This document shows, piece after piece, positions 1 to 15,849 of a stretch of 64,000 bases of DNA. The stretch's first letter is position 1. Each line of letters opens with the position of its first letter. A program made the translations under genes and the position numbers. Origin of the DNA: Eledone cirrhosa (lineage: Eukaryota); the NCBI GenBank assembly GCA_964016885.1, contig OZ024748.1:22258001-22322000 (forward strand). The letters run 5' to 3'. The notes beneath the pieces were generated by a model. That model was not told the DNA's origin. It searched no databases and saw nothing but the letters and a program-made list of their open reading frames with translations.

Positions 1-176
1 TCTCTCTCTCTCTCTCTCTGTATATATATATTGTGTGTGTGTGTATATATATATATATACACATATATATATTTAGCTATCAATCATCCCCATTAAATAA
101 ATACCCACACATACGCAATACACACATGCGCGCGCGCGCACACACACACACATATATATATATACATATATATATA

Positions 177-526
177 TAAAGAAAAAAAGATGAAATCGAA
201 AATGCAACTGGAGTCTTATTTTTAAAAATATATATATATTTATTTGGTTCCTTTACCGGTTTCGCAGTTCTTCTGCTTTTCAAAAGTAGAGTTGAGATGG
301 AGGGTCTGTGGTTTTTCTCACATCTGAGAAAAACCACAGACCCTCCATCTCAACTCTACTTTTGAAAAGCAGAAGTACTGCGAAACCGGTAAAGGAACCA
401 AATAAATATATATATATTTTTTTAAAAATAAGACTCCAGTTGCATTTTCGATTTCATCTTTTTTTCTTTATACTTTCACTCGTGTAGGACACCTCGGTTA
501 TTTTTCATTTTGTAAAAATACCTTAC

Positions 527-532
<6 letters not shown>
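177..532 (+). mobile_element. Fold-back mini-element (probable non-autonomous Penelope-like) in (TA)n
   Basis: Near-perfect ~145 bp inverted arms (177-320 / 325-470, 4-nt loop catc) plus ~62 bp unduplicated tail; (TA)n on both sides; hammerhead-like core inside the arms. Confidence 0.7.
357..396 (+). ncRNA. Minimal hammerhead ribozyme motif, U3-A8 core variant
   Basis: tactt-TTGAAAA-gcag(aagta)ctgc-GAAA-ccgg-TA-aagga; 4 bp stem II, palindromic ccgg in stem III, stem I 4/5 paired; mirror copy on - strand at ~249-288. Confidence 0.55.
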
Positions 533-564
<32 letters not shown>

Positions 565-1083
565 CTTTTTTCATTTCCTTTAATATAATTTTACTATGAA
601 ATCACCAGTTTTCTGTCCATAGTTCATCATAGCCACGTGATTAAGAAATTGGCTCCGCAACAACATGCTTCTGGATTCGACACACATTGTTCCTATGTTG
701 TAAGTGGGGACTGTCTTTCCGGCTGAAGTGCAAGATTTTACAACTGATGTTGTTTAAGCAGGAATAACTAACCTTAACATTATGTGTTTAAACAAAACTT
801 ATGATACTTATGAGTGCTTGAGAATCGTTGCTTGGTAAAGGATAAAAAAAATGTTCGTGACACTAACTTTTTTCAGCGCCTGTCTTTGCTAACACCTTGT
901 TATAGTGAGGTGCCGATCTAACGAAGGTATCTCTATCTGAAGATAAATTGGAAATTCTTCTACTGTTAACGGTCACTGGAGTTTTCATTGATATATGAGG
1001 TCTGTTCATTCGTTTTTTTTTTTGTAGGGTTAGTACTTGACTGCGTTGACGACTAAGGTAACGTCAAATAAAATAAAAGTCTA

Positions 1084-1229
1084 CGGTTGGTGATGGTAGT
1101 TAGGGTCCAGTAGGGTTGGTGATGATAGTTAGGGTCCAGTAGGGTTGGTGATGATAGTTAGGGCCCAGTAGAGTTGGTGATGATAGTTAGGTTCCAGTAG
1201 GGTTGGTGATGATAGTTAGGGTCCAGTAG
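1084..1229. repeat. 29-bp minisatellite, ~5 copies
   Basis: gggttggtgatgatagttagggtccagta repeated in tandem. Confidence 0.9.
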
Positions 1230-1315
1230 ACTGATGCTTAATAATAAGTTCTTAGTAAATCAATACAAATATTTAATGATCATGATATGTGTGGAATTAC
1301 CTTTTCCTTTCTTTT

Positions 1316-1401
<86 letters not shown>

Positions 1402-1715
1402 GTATGTGTGTGAATGTTGCGTCTCTCTCTCTCTCTCTCTCTGTATCTTTGTCTATATGTGTGTGTGTCTATATGTGTGTGTGTCTGTATGTGTGTGTGT
1501 GTGTGTGTTTCTGTGTGTGTGTGTTTAGATGCCACATCAATAAAGCTGAAGTAGAGACATAAAAAGCAACTAATCATTTCTTTTACTACTAATGATATTA
1601 ACGACCCAAGTGCGTTACTGGTACTTTATTTTCTCGACAGTGGAAGGATGAAAGGCAACAACAAAATTTGCTTCACTGGTATTAATAGTAGCAATAGTAA
1701 TAGGAGGATGACGAT

Positions 1716-2255
1716 ATGATGATGGTGATGGTGATGGTGATGATGATTGTGGTGGTGGTGGTGGTGGTGGTGATGGTGGTGATGATGGTGATGATGGTGA
1801 TGATGGTGATGGTGGTGATGGTGATGGTGGTGGTGGTGGTGGTGATGATGTTGATGATGATAAAGATATGATGATGACAATGTTTATGATGATAATGGTG
1901 ATGATGGTAATGATGAAGATGATGACAATGTTGATGATGATATCATGATGATGATGATGACCATGTTGATGAAGTTGTTGTTGACGATGATGATGATGAT
2001 GATGATGATGGCAACGTTGATTGAGATGATGATGATGACGATGATGATGGCAATGTTGATGATGAAGATGGTGATGAAGATGGTGGTGATGATGATGATG
2101 ATGATGACGATGATGATGATGATGATGGCAATGTTGGTGATGAAGATGGTGGTGATGATGATGATGATGATGATGACGATGATGATGATGGCAATGATGA
2201 TGGTGGTGGTGGTGATGATGATGGTGATATGATGGTGGTGGTGGTGATGATGATT
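1716..2255. repeat. (GAT/GGT)n compound trinucleotide microsatellite
   Basis: Directly visible; explains the poly-H/S/M ORFs. Confidence 0.95.
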
Positions 2256-2919
2256 AGGAGAAGGAGGACGAGAAGAAAGGGGGCGAATGAAGGGGCCGAA
2301 AAGGGGGCATTGAAGTAGAGGAGTGAGAGAATGTGTAATGTAAGAGGAAGAGTGAGGATTGTTTGAAGTAAAGGGTTGGTGTCAATCATTATTAATTCGC
2401 ACCTTGAGAGGGGAGGGCTGGGTGTTGGTAGATCGGGTATTTCCTGTTTGTAAATTTTTTGAGGCGATGCTGGTGTATTGTGGAGACAGTCACAGGTTAA
2501 CCAAGTTCCCTTATAGATTGGGCCAAGATGCCAGCATTGGTTTATAGTACTTTTGTCAGGACTAATTAACCGTCAAGTAAACGGTGGCTGTTTGGTCAAA
2601 CTTTACCTGTAGACCAATCTACCTTTGATGGCAAGTTCAGTTCAAAATGAACTTCTCTTTGCTTAGCCGTTAGATCGCTACAACGGTGAGGGACCACACA
2701 AATTTCAGTTGGTGTTAGAAATTAAACTAACACAAACACACACACACACATGCACGCACATACGCACGCACATACGCACACACGCACACATGCACGCACA
2801 CAATCTCACACACAGACACACACACACAGAGAGGCACACACGTTTCTTATATTTCCCCAGAAACGCTACCCCACACTTCTCGACAAACATATTAAACTAA
2901 CACAAACACACACACACGT

Positions 2920-2969
<50 letters not shown>

Positions 2970-3049
2970 TTCTTATATTTCCCCAGAAACGCTACCCACA
3001 CTTCTCGGCAAACATATTATGTACCTAAGCTAACAAAAATATACAACAA

Positions 3050-5710
<2,661 letters not shown>

Positions 5711-5902
5711 GCTTTGTCAAATGTTTTAACTACCCTCTCTCTCAAAATCAATAAGAGGTAGTAAAGTACACGATGTAGCTGTTTGTAAGAACAGTCATTC
5801 AGTACCAGGAAATATCCCCCCCCCCTGCACCCCACCCACCCACCACCACCCACCCTCTCTTCAAGTCTCAGGTACACTCCGCTAATAAACACGCTAAAAT
5901 CT

Positions 5903-7046
<1,144 letters not shown>

Positions 7047-7264
7047 GATTTGAAATGGTATGAGTGCCCTCAATAGAGTGGTTTTAGTTTAAGAGGAGTC
7101 AGTTCGGTACAATCAGTTGAACGCTCTTAGTTATGGACTGGATGAATCCTCTACAATGAATTATGTCTTCAGAGAAGAGCCAATTACTCCACAAAACTTT
7201 AATCTTTCATTTTTTCATTAATATTCTCATCACCCAAAATTAGAAGATTATTACATCCTTATGT

Positions 7265-7442
7265 ATGGCAGTATCGGTAGAAGGTCGGACGCCATGCTTT
7301 CCAGCATAGTTACGTCCCTTTACGATCTGAGTTCAAATCCCGCCGAGGTTGACTTTGCCTTTCATCCTTACGGGGTCGATAAAATAAAGTAATGCACTGG
7401 GTTATTGCTGGCCTTGTGCCTAAAGTAGAAACAATTATTATA
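7265..7442 (+). mobile_element. tRNA-derived SINE (family A)
   Basis: A-box tggcagtatcggtag, B-box gagttcaaatcc, body gcctttcatccttacggggtcgataaaataaagta, ends gaaacaattatta. Confidence 0.85.
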
Positions 7443-7866
7443 TCCTTAAGGCACCCAGATCGTATATTATGCTCTGATTATTTGCTCTTCGTTTTGTGTT
7501 AGATTCAATGTTATATCCCATTGGTGGTCACATAGTCAAAGGTCTAGAGTGGCTCACAAAGATTGGCTGAACGAGTTACGGGAATTTGATCGATTGATCG
7601 ATAAGAACTTCGTCTGAATAACTCTAAGCTATGAGTGGTTGTCGACAGAACTGAGGGTGTTAAAATATCTGAGATTTTAATAAACTGAATGCACTAGCAA
7701 CTGTTTTAAAGTCATTCTCCTGTTTAAGTAGGTTTTTGCTTACATATATACAGACAAATATATATGAGTGTATGTATGTGTGCGTGCGTGTCTGTATCAG
7801 TGTGTGTTCGTGGTTGTATGTATTTCTTTCGATATTTTAAACAATCTAAATTGTTATTATTATTAT

Positions 7867-8052
7867 TGGTAGTACCGGTAGAGGGTCGGCGCCATGCTTT
7901 GACGCATAGAGTTACGCCCCTTGCCATTCTGAGTTCAAATCCCGCCGAGGTTAACTTTGCCTTTCATCCTTACGGGGTCGATAAAATAAAGTACCAGTAA
8001 TGCACTGGAGTAATTTGCTGGCCTTGTGCCAAAAGTAAAAACAATTATTATT
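7867..8052 (+). mobile_element. SINE family A
   Basis: Same A/B boxes and body as 7265-7442. Confidence 0.85.
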
Positions 8053-8064
8053 ATGATTGTTGCA

Positions 8065-8267
8065 GTGGATTGGTAGTATCGGCAGAGCGTCGGACAACAT
8101 GCTTTGCAGCATAGAGTTATTGCCCTTTGTGTCCTGAGTTCAAATCCCGCCGAGGTTAGCTTTACTTTTCATCCTTACGGGGTCGATAAAATAAAGTACC
8201 AGTAATGTACTGGGGTCGATTTAATCAACTTTCCCCTCTCTCTGGCCTTGTGCCTATAGTAGAAACA

Positions 8268-8351
<84 letters not shown>

Positions 8352-8360
8352 GTTGTTATT
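8065..8360 (+). mobile_element. SINE family A with expanded (TTA)n tail
   Basis: Same body; tail (tta)~28. Confidence 0.85.
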
Positions 8361-9218
8361 ACTCTTTGAGTCTGTCATTGATGTTAGTTAACTGGAAAGT
8401 TTGTTGAGATGAATATCAAGTCACTACCTGCAGCCTCAGATATTCAGGACGTATCGGAGGGTTCTTGCTGTTCCCAGCAAGCATGCCTTTTGAAGCGTTC
8501 CAAAAAGCGTGAAGGGGCCAATTTTCTTTAACCATCCCTGGAAACTTTTTGAGATAGTCCCCAGTGCGCCTATGACAATCGGGATCACTTTGACTTCATG
8601 GCAGTTCCAAATCCTTTTTACCTCCCACTTTAAGTCCTGGTATCGGTTAATTTTCTCCCTCTCCTTCTCTTGCACTCTCGTGTCGAATGGGCAGGCCACA
8701 TCCACAATCAGACACGATCTTTTTTCTTTGTCCACAACCACCAGGTCAGGTCTATTGTGTTCCAGTTACTTGTCCGTCTGTATCCTAAAATCCCACAGCA
8801 CCTTCACCTGATCGTTCTCCATCACCGCCTCTGGCTTATTTATGCTCATACCATTTCTCAGAATGTGGTAAATTGTTTACTTTGCACAGGTGCCAGTGGA
8901 TCACCCTGCCCATCACATCATGTCTCCAGCCCTTATAGTGGGTCTGGGCTAGGTGTTTACACTCGGATACAATGTGAGCCACAGTCTCCTCTCTCTCTCC
9001 ACAGATCCTGCACAGTGGGCTAGCCTCCTCCTTGTAAATATGGTGTTTCAACCACTTCGTTTTGAGGGCCTGCTCCTGCGCAGCCATTAACATTCCTTCT
9101 GTAGCCTTTTTAAGGTCTCCTCTTCTCAACCAGTTCCATGTCTGTGGATCTCTAAATTCAGTTTTCTCAAAGAAGGTACTATGAAGGGATTTTTCCTGAA
9201 GGCTGCTCTTTCTCCTTG
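8361..9218 (-). mobile_element. 5'-truncated, inactive R4/Dong-clade non-LTR retrotransposon (Zn knuckle + restriction-like endonuclease)
   Basis: AAQEQAL, CRICGEREETVAHIVSEC, RHD, LWDF, RPDLVV..DVACP, K..RY, IVIGALG, LQKACLLGT; 4-bp insertion near 8836 and in-frame stop near 8767; (TAA)n on both sides. Confidence 0.9.
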
Positions 9219-9458
9219 ATTATTATTATTATTATTATTATTATTGAATGCCATGGTTGACGGAGGCTCGGCTCTGTAAGGTATAGTAATTTTTAACCGT
9301 TAAAACAATTGTAAATTGTTTAAAACTTGAACCAAATTGTTGATAAAGACACCCTCCTCCTCGTGAGAGGGGTCTTTCTGTCCGTTATTTGGCCCTTCGG
9401 GGTTAAATAGCCAGTTATTGGGGTTTTGTACCCAAAATTTCATTTTAAACAAAAAAAC

Positions 9459-11559
9459 ATGGCTACCAAAAAAAAAAAAATTTCATACGTCACTCCCACT
9501 CATTCCGTCTTCTTCTTCCTCAATCATCACTACAGGAGAGAGAAGATTGTCTCTCTCCCTCCCTTCTTTAAATGTGTCTCTCTCCCTACCTTCTCTTTCG
9601 CAAGCGACGAAAGAAAAGAAAAGTCTCGTGCAAAGCGTGCAAGGTTTCTCCACGACGACGACGACAGCGACGAAACAGGTGTGCGGGAAATACGAAAACC
9701 CAGTTCATTCGTCTGACGTCAGGAATAATAGCAGTAGCAGCCGTAATAACAACAGCAACAGTGACAATGAAAACAACAGTAGCAGCCGCAACAGCATCAC
9801 CAGCAGCATAAACAACAACACCATTAGCAGCAGCAACACCAACAACAACCACAGCAACAGCGGCGGAGGCAGTAGTCGTAGTACCTGCAGCAACAACAAA
9901 AGTACCAGCAGCTCTGACGACAACAACAACAGCAGAGAAAAACCAATCTCATTTGCAGGTATTGCGAAAAACCTGGAAACAATCCTCATAACAAATGAGG
10001 AATTAGAGGAAGCGAAGAAGATGGTGACAAAGAACGGACACCGAGCAATCTGCAAGGCAGCGAAAAATTTTTTCGAAACCCAAGAGCACTGTACGGTCAC
10101 GTACCGTACAGTAAGTACAAAATCCCGTAGGGTGGAAAGAGCCACAGAGGCCCAAATACAAAAAGCCTTGGGGTCTGTGTGGCAGAGGAAAACGCACATC
10201 ACCCGAGGCAAAAAATACGCCACCGTAGACGTACTTTTTGCCACACCCCAGGAGGCAAAGGCCCAATCAGTAGTGACCCTAAGGAGCGAGGAAATGGTGT
10301 TGGTGCCCTCCTACTGCGGGCAAAAAATTGTGAGGGTCAAACTGACCCACGTCCCCCCCGGAATGACCCCTTCTTGGCTGGCCGCGTCTGTCCTCGTCGG
10401 AATCGAGGACAAAACAACTGTACTGCAAGTACAGAAAAAAGTAAGAGAAGATTGGGTCGGCTCCTCCATTGAGATGCTAATACAAACCAACCAGGAGTGC
10501 ATCGAAGCTATCCCGGATGTGATAGACTTCGATAACGGCACTCAACTGCCCATAAGTGTTGAGGGCAAACGCCCGAAATGCTTTCGCTGTGGATCGAAGA
10601 CTCACCTCAGGGCCTTCTGCAACGAGAAGACCCTGAGAAAGGAGAAAACCCCCCTCCTCCCGAATCCGGTTCCACGGCTACCAGCAACAGGACAAGCGGC
10701 AACCAGGAACGATAGGTCCGTGGCACCCATACCCACTCCACGGAAATCAAAGACAGCAGCAGCAGTGGAAATATTAACAACAACAACAGCAATACCAAAT
10801 GCAGCTGCAACAGAGACTCCAGTGCAAACATCACCAACAACAACAAGTGAAAGAGTGGAGCTGGTACCCCTCCCCGACCTTACAGAATCAGACATGGAGT
10901 GTGAGGTGGGAGAGGGATGGCAAAAGGTCTCAAGAAGGCACAAACGCAGAAGCAGCGCATCGTCGCCTTTGAAAAGGGAGGAAAGAAATGAGAAAAGGGT
11001 AAAGTCTACTGCAAAGAGACCCACAGCAGCAACACCACCAACACCATCACCACCCACACCAGCACCACCATCACCACCGGCGACAACCCCACCGCCAACA
11101 ACACCTTCAACACCACCACCACAAGCACCAACATCGCAAACACAACAACAAAACACACACACCCAGCAACAACGACAAGAAAATAGCAGAACCACACCCC
11201 ACCCCCAGAAAAACAAATGCACGGCAATAAACACACACAACAAGAAACTAATGACTTACATAATTGAACACACAGACATTTCACAACAGGACTACATAAT
11301 ACCAGCACCAATCAAAACGCCAACTAACATAAGACTGCTAAAAATAGCACAGAAACAATACACAAACATTAAAACGAAATTCCCCAACGCAGTTGGTGAT
11401 TTCAGGGACCTAGGAGGAACCATTAATCGAAGAGTATATTCAGACATTCTCTTAGAAGAGCCGACGACCAGCCGAAGGGACGATTCAACGGTCCCTTCAC
11501 CAGACGATCAAGTGAAAAGGGATGTAAAAACCATCCCTCCTCTACCAAAAATACGGTAA
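9459..11559 (+). CDS. ORF1 gag-like nucleic-acid-binding protein (copy 1; ATG 9459 is out of frame because of an A13 run)
   Basis: CCHC knuckle CFRCGSKTHLRAFC, basic WQKVSRRHKRR motif; the track start at 9418 is TTG; the in-frame ATG is seen in copy 2. Confidence 0.8.
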
Positions 11560-11594
11560 GTGGTCTTTCCCATCTTTTCCACTCTATTTTAAAC

Positions 11595-14500
11595 ATGACC
11601 TCACTCAGAATAGGCAGCATAAATGCGCGTGGCTTGGGGTCGTCATGGAAGCAGGGTCACCTGCTCAACGACCTCAGGTCACTAAACATAGATGTAGTGG
11701 CCATCAGCGAGACCAGAATCTCCGAAGCACGGGCCTTCGCACCGATCTTCGGCGGCTACGATGTGTACGCATCTCCCAGCCGTCCTGGATCGGGTGGAGG
11801 AGTTGCTGTGCTTTTTCGGAGAGGTTTGGATCTCGCCATACGGGCCATCTTCCTGGACCCAGAGGGTAAGCTGGTGGTGCTGGACGTGACCAGCGGAGAC
11901 GGGCAAGCTTTCAGGCTAGTGGCCGTCTATGCCCCGACAGGAGCAGGGCGGCCTGATTTCTTCCGGCGTCTGGAGACCTTTCTTGGAACGTCGCGCTCTT
12001 TAGTGTTAGTGGGCGACTGGAACGGGATCTTAGATGCACGCTGGGACTGTGTGGGATTAGCGGATAGGGGTGGAGGGTGCAAGAGCCTCACCAACCTGCT
12101 CAGGCGTTTTGAACTGTCTGACAGGTACCGATTGGATTTCCCGAATGTGCCAATGTGGACTTGGACAAACCGCATAGGGTCATCCAGATCATATCTAGAT
12201 AGAGTATTTTGTAGGGAAATAGATAGGTCTAGCATAGGCTGTCCACAATTCAAGATAGTCAGCTACACGGACCACAAATTCGTGATCTGTGTGCTTGACT
12301 TAGATAGGCTTCATAGACGAGGACCCGGCTACTGGAAGCTAAACGCGTCCTTACCAGCGCGCAAGGCCTACAGAGACCGGATTAGCGAACTAGTTAAGCG
12401 GGCGTTGACGGGGGCCATCGTCAACAACAAGTGGTGGTTTGCTCTGAAAAGAGCGATTAGAATAGAATCGATTAGGTTTAGTAAGGCTTTAGCAATAGAG
12501 AAAAATAGAGCAGAGGGAGAACTAGTTAGAAAATTAGACGAGGCGCTTAGCAAAGGCATTGCGACCGACGTGCTTGCGGCGAAATTGGCCCTTGACCAAT
12601 TCTTCAATGCAAAGCACGAAGGCTGCGTTGTCAGAGCTAGGGTGCGTGCTCTCAGACACGAGGGGACGAAAGCCGTTCAATGGGCCCGAGTGGCGGAGGC
12701 GCGTCGTGGCAACAAAGCCACGATCCGGTCTTTGGTGGACCACGACGGGCGCATGCTACTCGATCCCGGGCAAATGTGTGAAGCTTTTCAGCGACACTTC
12801 GCTCAGCTGTTCGGGGGCAGCGGGGGGCCGGGTAGAGGGATGGACTTTAGTGTCTACCTCGACGGACTGCCGCGGCTCTCGGCCACTGAGGCGAAGTGTT
12901 GCGAAAAGCCGATAACAGCCGCTGAAGTAAGGGAGGCAATGACTGGCTGCACAAGGGGTAAATCGCCTGGTTTGGATGGTCTGCCCTATGAACTTTACGT
13001 ACAGATGCCAGACTTGTTCGGAGGCCTCTTGGCGGACGTCTACTGCAACTGGCAACAGAACGGGAGAATTCCCAGTTCTGTGAGCCGAGGAGCGGTGGCA
13101 CTGCTGAGAAAGGATCCGAACAAGGGGGATAACATAGACAATTTCCGGCCCATAACTCTGCTAAACACAGAGTTTAAGATTTTGGCCAAGGTGCTAGCAA
13201 AGAGGTTGGCGCTTGTCGTTGGTGGTCTGGTGGGAGAGGCGCAGACATGCGCCATTCCCGACAGATCCATCCACGACAACCTCCACCTCATGCGATACAT
13301 CGTAGAGAGGGTAGCTAGGGAACCTGGCACGGGTGGGTCCTTGATCAATTTAGATCAGTCGAAAGCTTTCGATAGGGTCGACCATCGTTACCTAGCGGCA
13401 GTCCTGAGGGCGGCTGGCTTTGGGCCCGTCTTCAGAGGCTGGATCGCTGCCATGCACAGCGACATCTGCTCTGTGGTGAGAGTGAACGGTCACCTGTCGG
13501 AACCGTTCAACATCATGCGCTCGGTCCGCCAAGGATGTCCCCTCTCGTCCCTCTTGTACGTATTGACTCTCGAGCCATTACTGCACAAACTGGAGACGTT
13601 GAGGGGAGTCCCGCGCGAACTAGGATGCGGAAGATCCGTGTCAGCATATGCGGACGATGTCACCGTAGTGGTGTCGAACGCCAAACACATCGAGGCGATC
13701 GGCACTACACTAAGAGAATACGAAGCGGTGACAGGAGCAATGATCAACCAGGAAAAGTCAGTGGGCCTGCAGCTCGGCACCTGGAGAGGCAGGTCCATGC
13801 CGTCCAACAGCGTCGTCGGGCGCTGGACGGACGGACCGGTTAAATTGCTAGGGGTCTGGTTCGGTCCGGACCTCCAGACGGACAAAAACTGGGACGAGGT
13901 GACGAGCAGGGTGGCTTCTCTCACCCAGAAATGGGCGGAGAGGAAGCTATCCCTGAAAGGTCGAGCGGAGGTGGCTAACGCGTACATCGCGTCTGTCATC
14001 TGCTACCGCCTAACCGTCGTACCTTGTCCTAAGCCTCGCCTGACTGCGCTGGAGCGTTTGCTCTTTCGCTTTTTGTGGAAGGGACGTGCTCCGATGGTCA
14101 GGCGGTCCATCTGTTGTCAACACCCGCTACGTGGAGGGCTGGGCATGCCGTGGCTGATGATGCGCAGGCACGCGCTCAGGCTACGACATCTCCACCTCTT
14201 CCTCGACGGTGATCAGGTGTGGTCGCCGTTTGCTAGACGCGTTTTTCCCCAGCTCGTTTCCTTGACGGAGCTGCAGTCCTGGGTCAAGCGAAGACCGAGA
14301 GGGAGCGCCTGGAGACTGGAATGTCTTCAGGCGCTCACAGCCCTCGACCAATCGGGCAATGTGATCGGTGGAAACTCCACCTCGGCGTTCTATAGAGGAT
14401 TAGTGGAGGGGAAGAGCGACGACGTACTTGGGGAAACTCTAGGCGTCGACGAAAATCAACTAGCCAATCTCTTCGGAAGAACCTTCGGGCCAGGGCCTAT

Positions 14501-15014
14501 GGACAACTTCCAGAAATCTCTGGCCTGGCAGTGCTACCGAGGAGCCTTGCCAGTTCGGGATAAACTCTACAGGCATGGAGGTGCCGTCAGCCGGGCATGT
14601 CCGAGATGCGCGCAGGGCGACGAAACCGTCCTGCACGCACTCGTCCAGTGTCCGAAAATTGCTGACTTGTGGGTTTATGTCGAACACCTGCTGTCGCGTT
14701 TAGGACGGATCCAGCTATCATCTGAGTCTATCGTGAGGATTGCCCCGCCCTCCTCCTTTAGCCGGGAAGGGCAGGCAGTTTTTATCTGTCTGGTGGCCAT
14801 GGCGAAAGAGATAGTATGGTGGACACGTTTGAAAGGGCTGAAGACGAGCACTTACCTCTTCGGTGATGCTCTGATTGACTTTTTCAAATTTCATTTGAAA
14901 AGGAAAATCAGAGTAGAGAAGGAAGTGCTCTCTTCCCAGCATTTTGTTGAAAGATGGGTGAGAGAAGCAAGAATGGCCCGAGTGAATGGGCCGACTCTGA
15001 GTATATATCTGTAA
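11595..15014 (+). CDS. ORF2: APE endonuclease - reverse transcriptase - C-terminal Zn finger, 1139 aa, intact
   Basis: APE: INARGL, SET, VYAP, GDWN, LDR, TDH; RT: KSPGLDGL, FRPITLLN, DQSKAFD, QGCPLS, YADD; CPRC..ETVLHALVQC. Confidence 0.97.
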   Translation: MTSLRIGSINARGLGSSWKQGHLLNDLRSLNIDVVAISETRISEARAFAPIFGGYDVYASPSRPGSGGGVAVLFRRGLDLAIRAIFLDPEGKLVVLDVTSGDGQAFRLVAVYAPTGAGRPDFFRRLETFLGTSRSLVLVGDWNGILDARWDCVGLADRGGGCKSLTNLLRRFELSDRYRLDFPNVPMWTWTNRIGSSRSYLDRVFCREIDRSSIGCPQFKIVSYTDHKFVICVLDLDRLHRRGPGYWKLNASLPARKAYRDRISELVKRALTGAIVNNKWWFALKRAIRIESIRFSKALAIEKNRAEGELVRKLDEALSKGIATDVLAAKLALDQFFNAKHEGCVVRARVRALRHEGTKAVQWARVAEARRGNKATIRSLVDHDGRMLLDPGQMCEAFQRHFAQLFGGSGGPGRGMDFSVYLDGLPRLSATEAKCCEKPITAAEVREAMTGCTRGKSPGLDGLPYELYVQMPDLFGGLLADVYCNWQQNGRIPSSVSRGAVALLRKDPNKGDNIDNFRPITLLNTEFKILAKVLAKRLALVVGGLVGEAQTCAIPDRSIHDNLHLMRYIVERVAREPGTGGSLINLDQSKAFDRVDHRYLAAVLRAAGFGPVFRGWIAAMHSDICSVVRVNGHLSEPFNIMRSVRQGCPLSSLLYVLTLEPLLHKLETLRGVPRELGCGRSVSAYADDVTVVVSNAKHIEAIGTTLREYEAVTGAMINQEKSVGLQLGTWRGRSMPSNSVVGRWTDGPVKLLGVWFGPDLQTDKNWDEVTSRVASLTQKWAERKLSLKGRAEVANAYIASVICYRLTVVPCPKPRLTALERLLFRFLWKGRAPMVRRSICCQHPLRGGLGMPWLMMRRHALRLRHLHLFLDGDQVWSPFARRVFPQLVSLTELQSWVKRRPRGSAWRLECLQALTALDQSGNVIGGNSTSAFYRGLVEGKSDDVLGETLGVDENQLANLFGRTFGPGPMDNFQKSLAWQCYRGALPVRDKLYRHGGAVSRACPRCAQGDETVLHALVQCPKIADLWVYVEHLLSRLGRIQLSSESIVRIAPPSSFSREGQAVFICLVAMAKEIVWWTRLKGLKTSTYLFGDALIDFFKFHLKRKIRVEKEVLSSQHFVERWVREARMARVNGPTLSIYL

Positions 15015-15274
15015 ACTAAAGGTGGAAAACTGGGAGAGGGCACTTGCCTTGGTGGTCAGGGTCATTGTGGCTTTTTACTGGGCTTTCTCCACAAATGTCC
15101 CTCCGAAGTCTCCCCCCTATTGGGGAATTTTTCATTGTTATTTTCATTGTTATTTTTGTTACATCCTCTATTTTTGTTTTTTTACACGCAGAAATGCCCA
15201 TTTGTACCGTCCTGCATTGTCCTGCACTGTCCTTAATGTCTACTTTATGTAAACCCTTGTGGTTAATAAAGAAA

Positions 15275-15358
<84 letters not shown>

Positions 15359-15849
15359 GTTTGGCTTCCTCTCCGAAGCTATTTGAATAAACCGCCATTT
15401 AATTTATTTTTTTGAATTTAGCAATTACCGCCATTTTTATGTCTCTCCGAGATATTCATGATACAGATCTTATAATAGTCGAAACTGTATCGTTTCCCCA
15501 TAACTCTTACACAAAACCAGTGAATGTATACAGGCATCCATATTGTTTTTAGCTATTGTAACTCGACAGTTGCGACTCGTAAAACTTAGTTTAGTGTTTA
15601 GTCGAAACAAATGCTTAGAACACAGAATATAATGTTCTGGGGGTAAATAATAGAAAACCTTTGCACAAGTTTTATGAGCCCTTGGTAAGAAGGTAAGCTC
15701 AGTAAATCATGAACATTTGTCTGCATTGTTCTTGTTTGTTTTTCTCTACCGTTATAATACAGAATATGTAACAATTTAAATAAATATAAGACATTGGTTA
15801 GGAAACAAACATAAACATAAAATATATAAGTATACTTTCTTTAACATTG

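Larger units (their letters stand above)
9246..15276 (+). mobile_element. Full-length L1/Tx1-type non-LTR retrotransposon, copy 1
   Basis: 5' UTR + ORF1 + ORF2 + T-rich 3' UTR with AATAAA; (TTA)n at both junctions; near-identical to 36275-42302 with the same ends. Confidence 0.95.

Noticed and set aside
7265-7350. tRNA genes (A/B boxes here and at 52341 and 44215)
   Set aside because: No complete cloverleaf; they continue into repeated SINE bodies
9345-9378. HDV-like ribozyme in the Tx1 leader (cctcctcgtg resembles L3)
   Set aside because: No suitable upstream P1 strand, P1.1 GG or J4/2 found; a simple hairpin explains it
9572-15415. Short overlapping or antisense ORFs inside the Tx1 element (both copies)
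   Set aside because: Shadow ORFs of GC-rich coding sequence; shared between copies only because the copies are nearly identical
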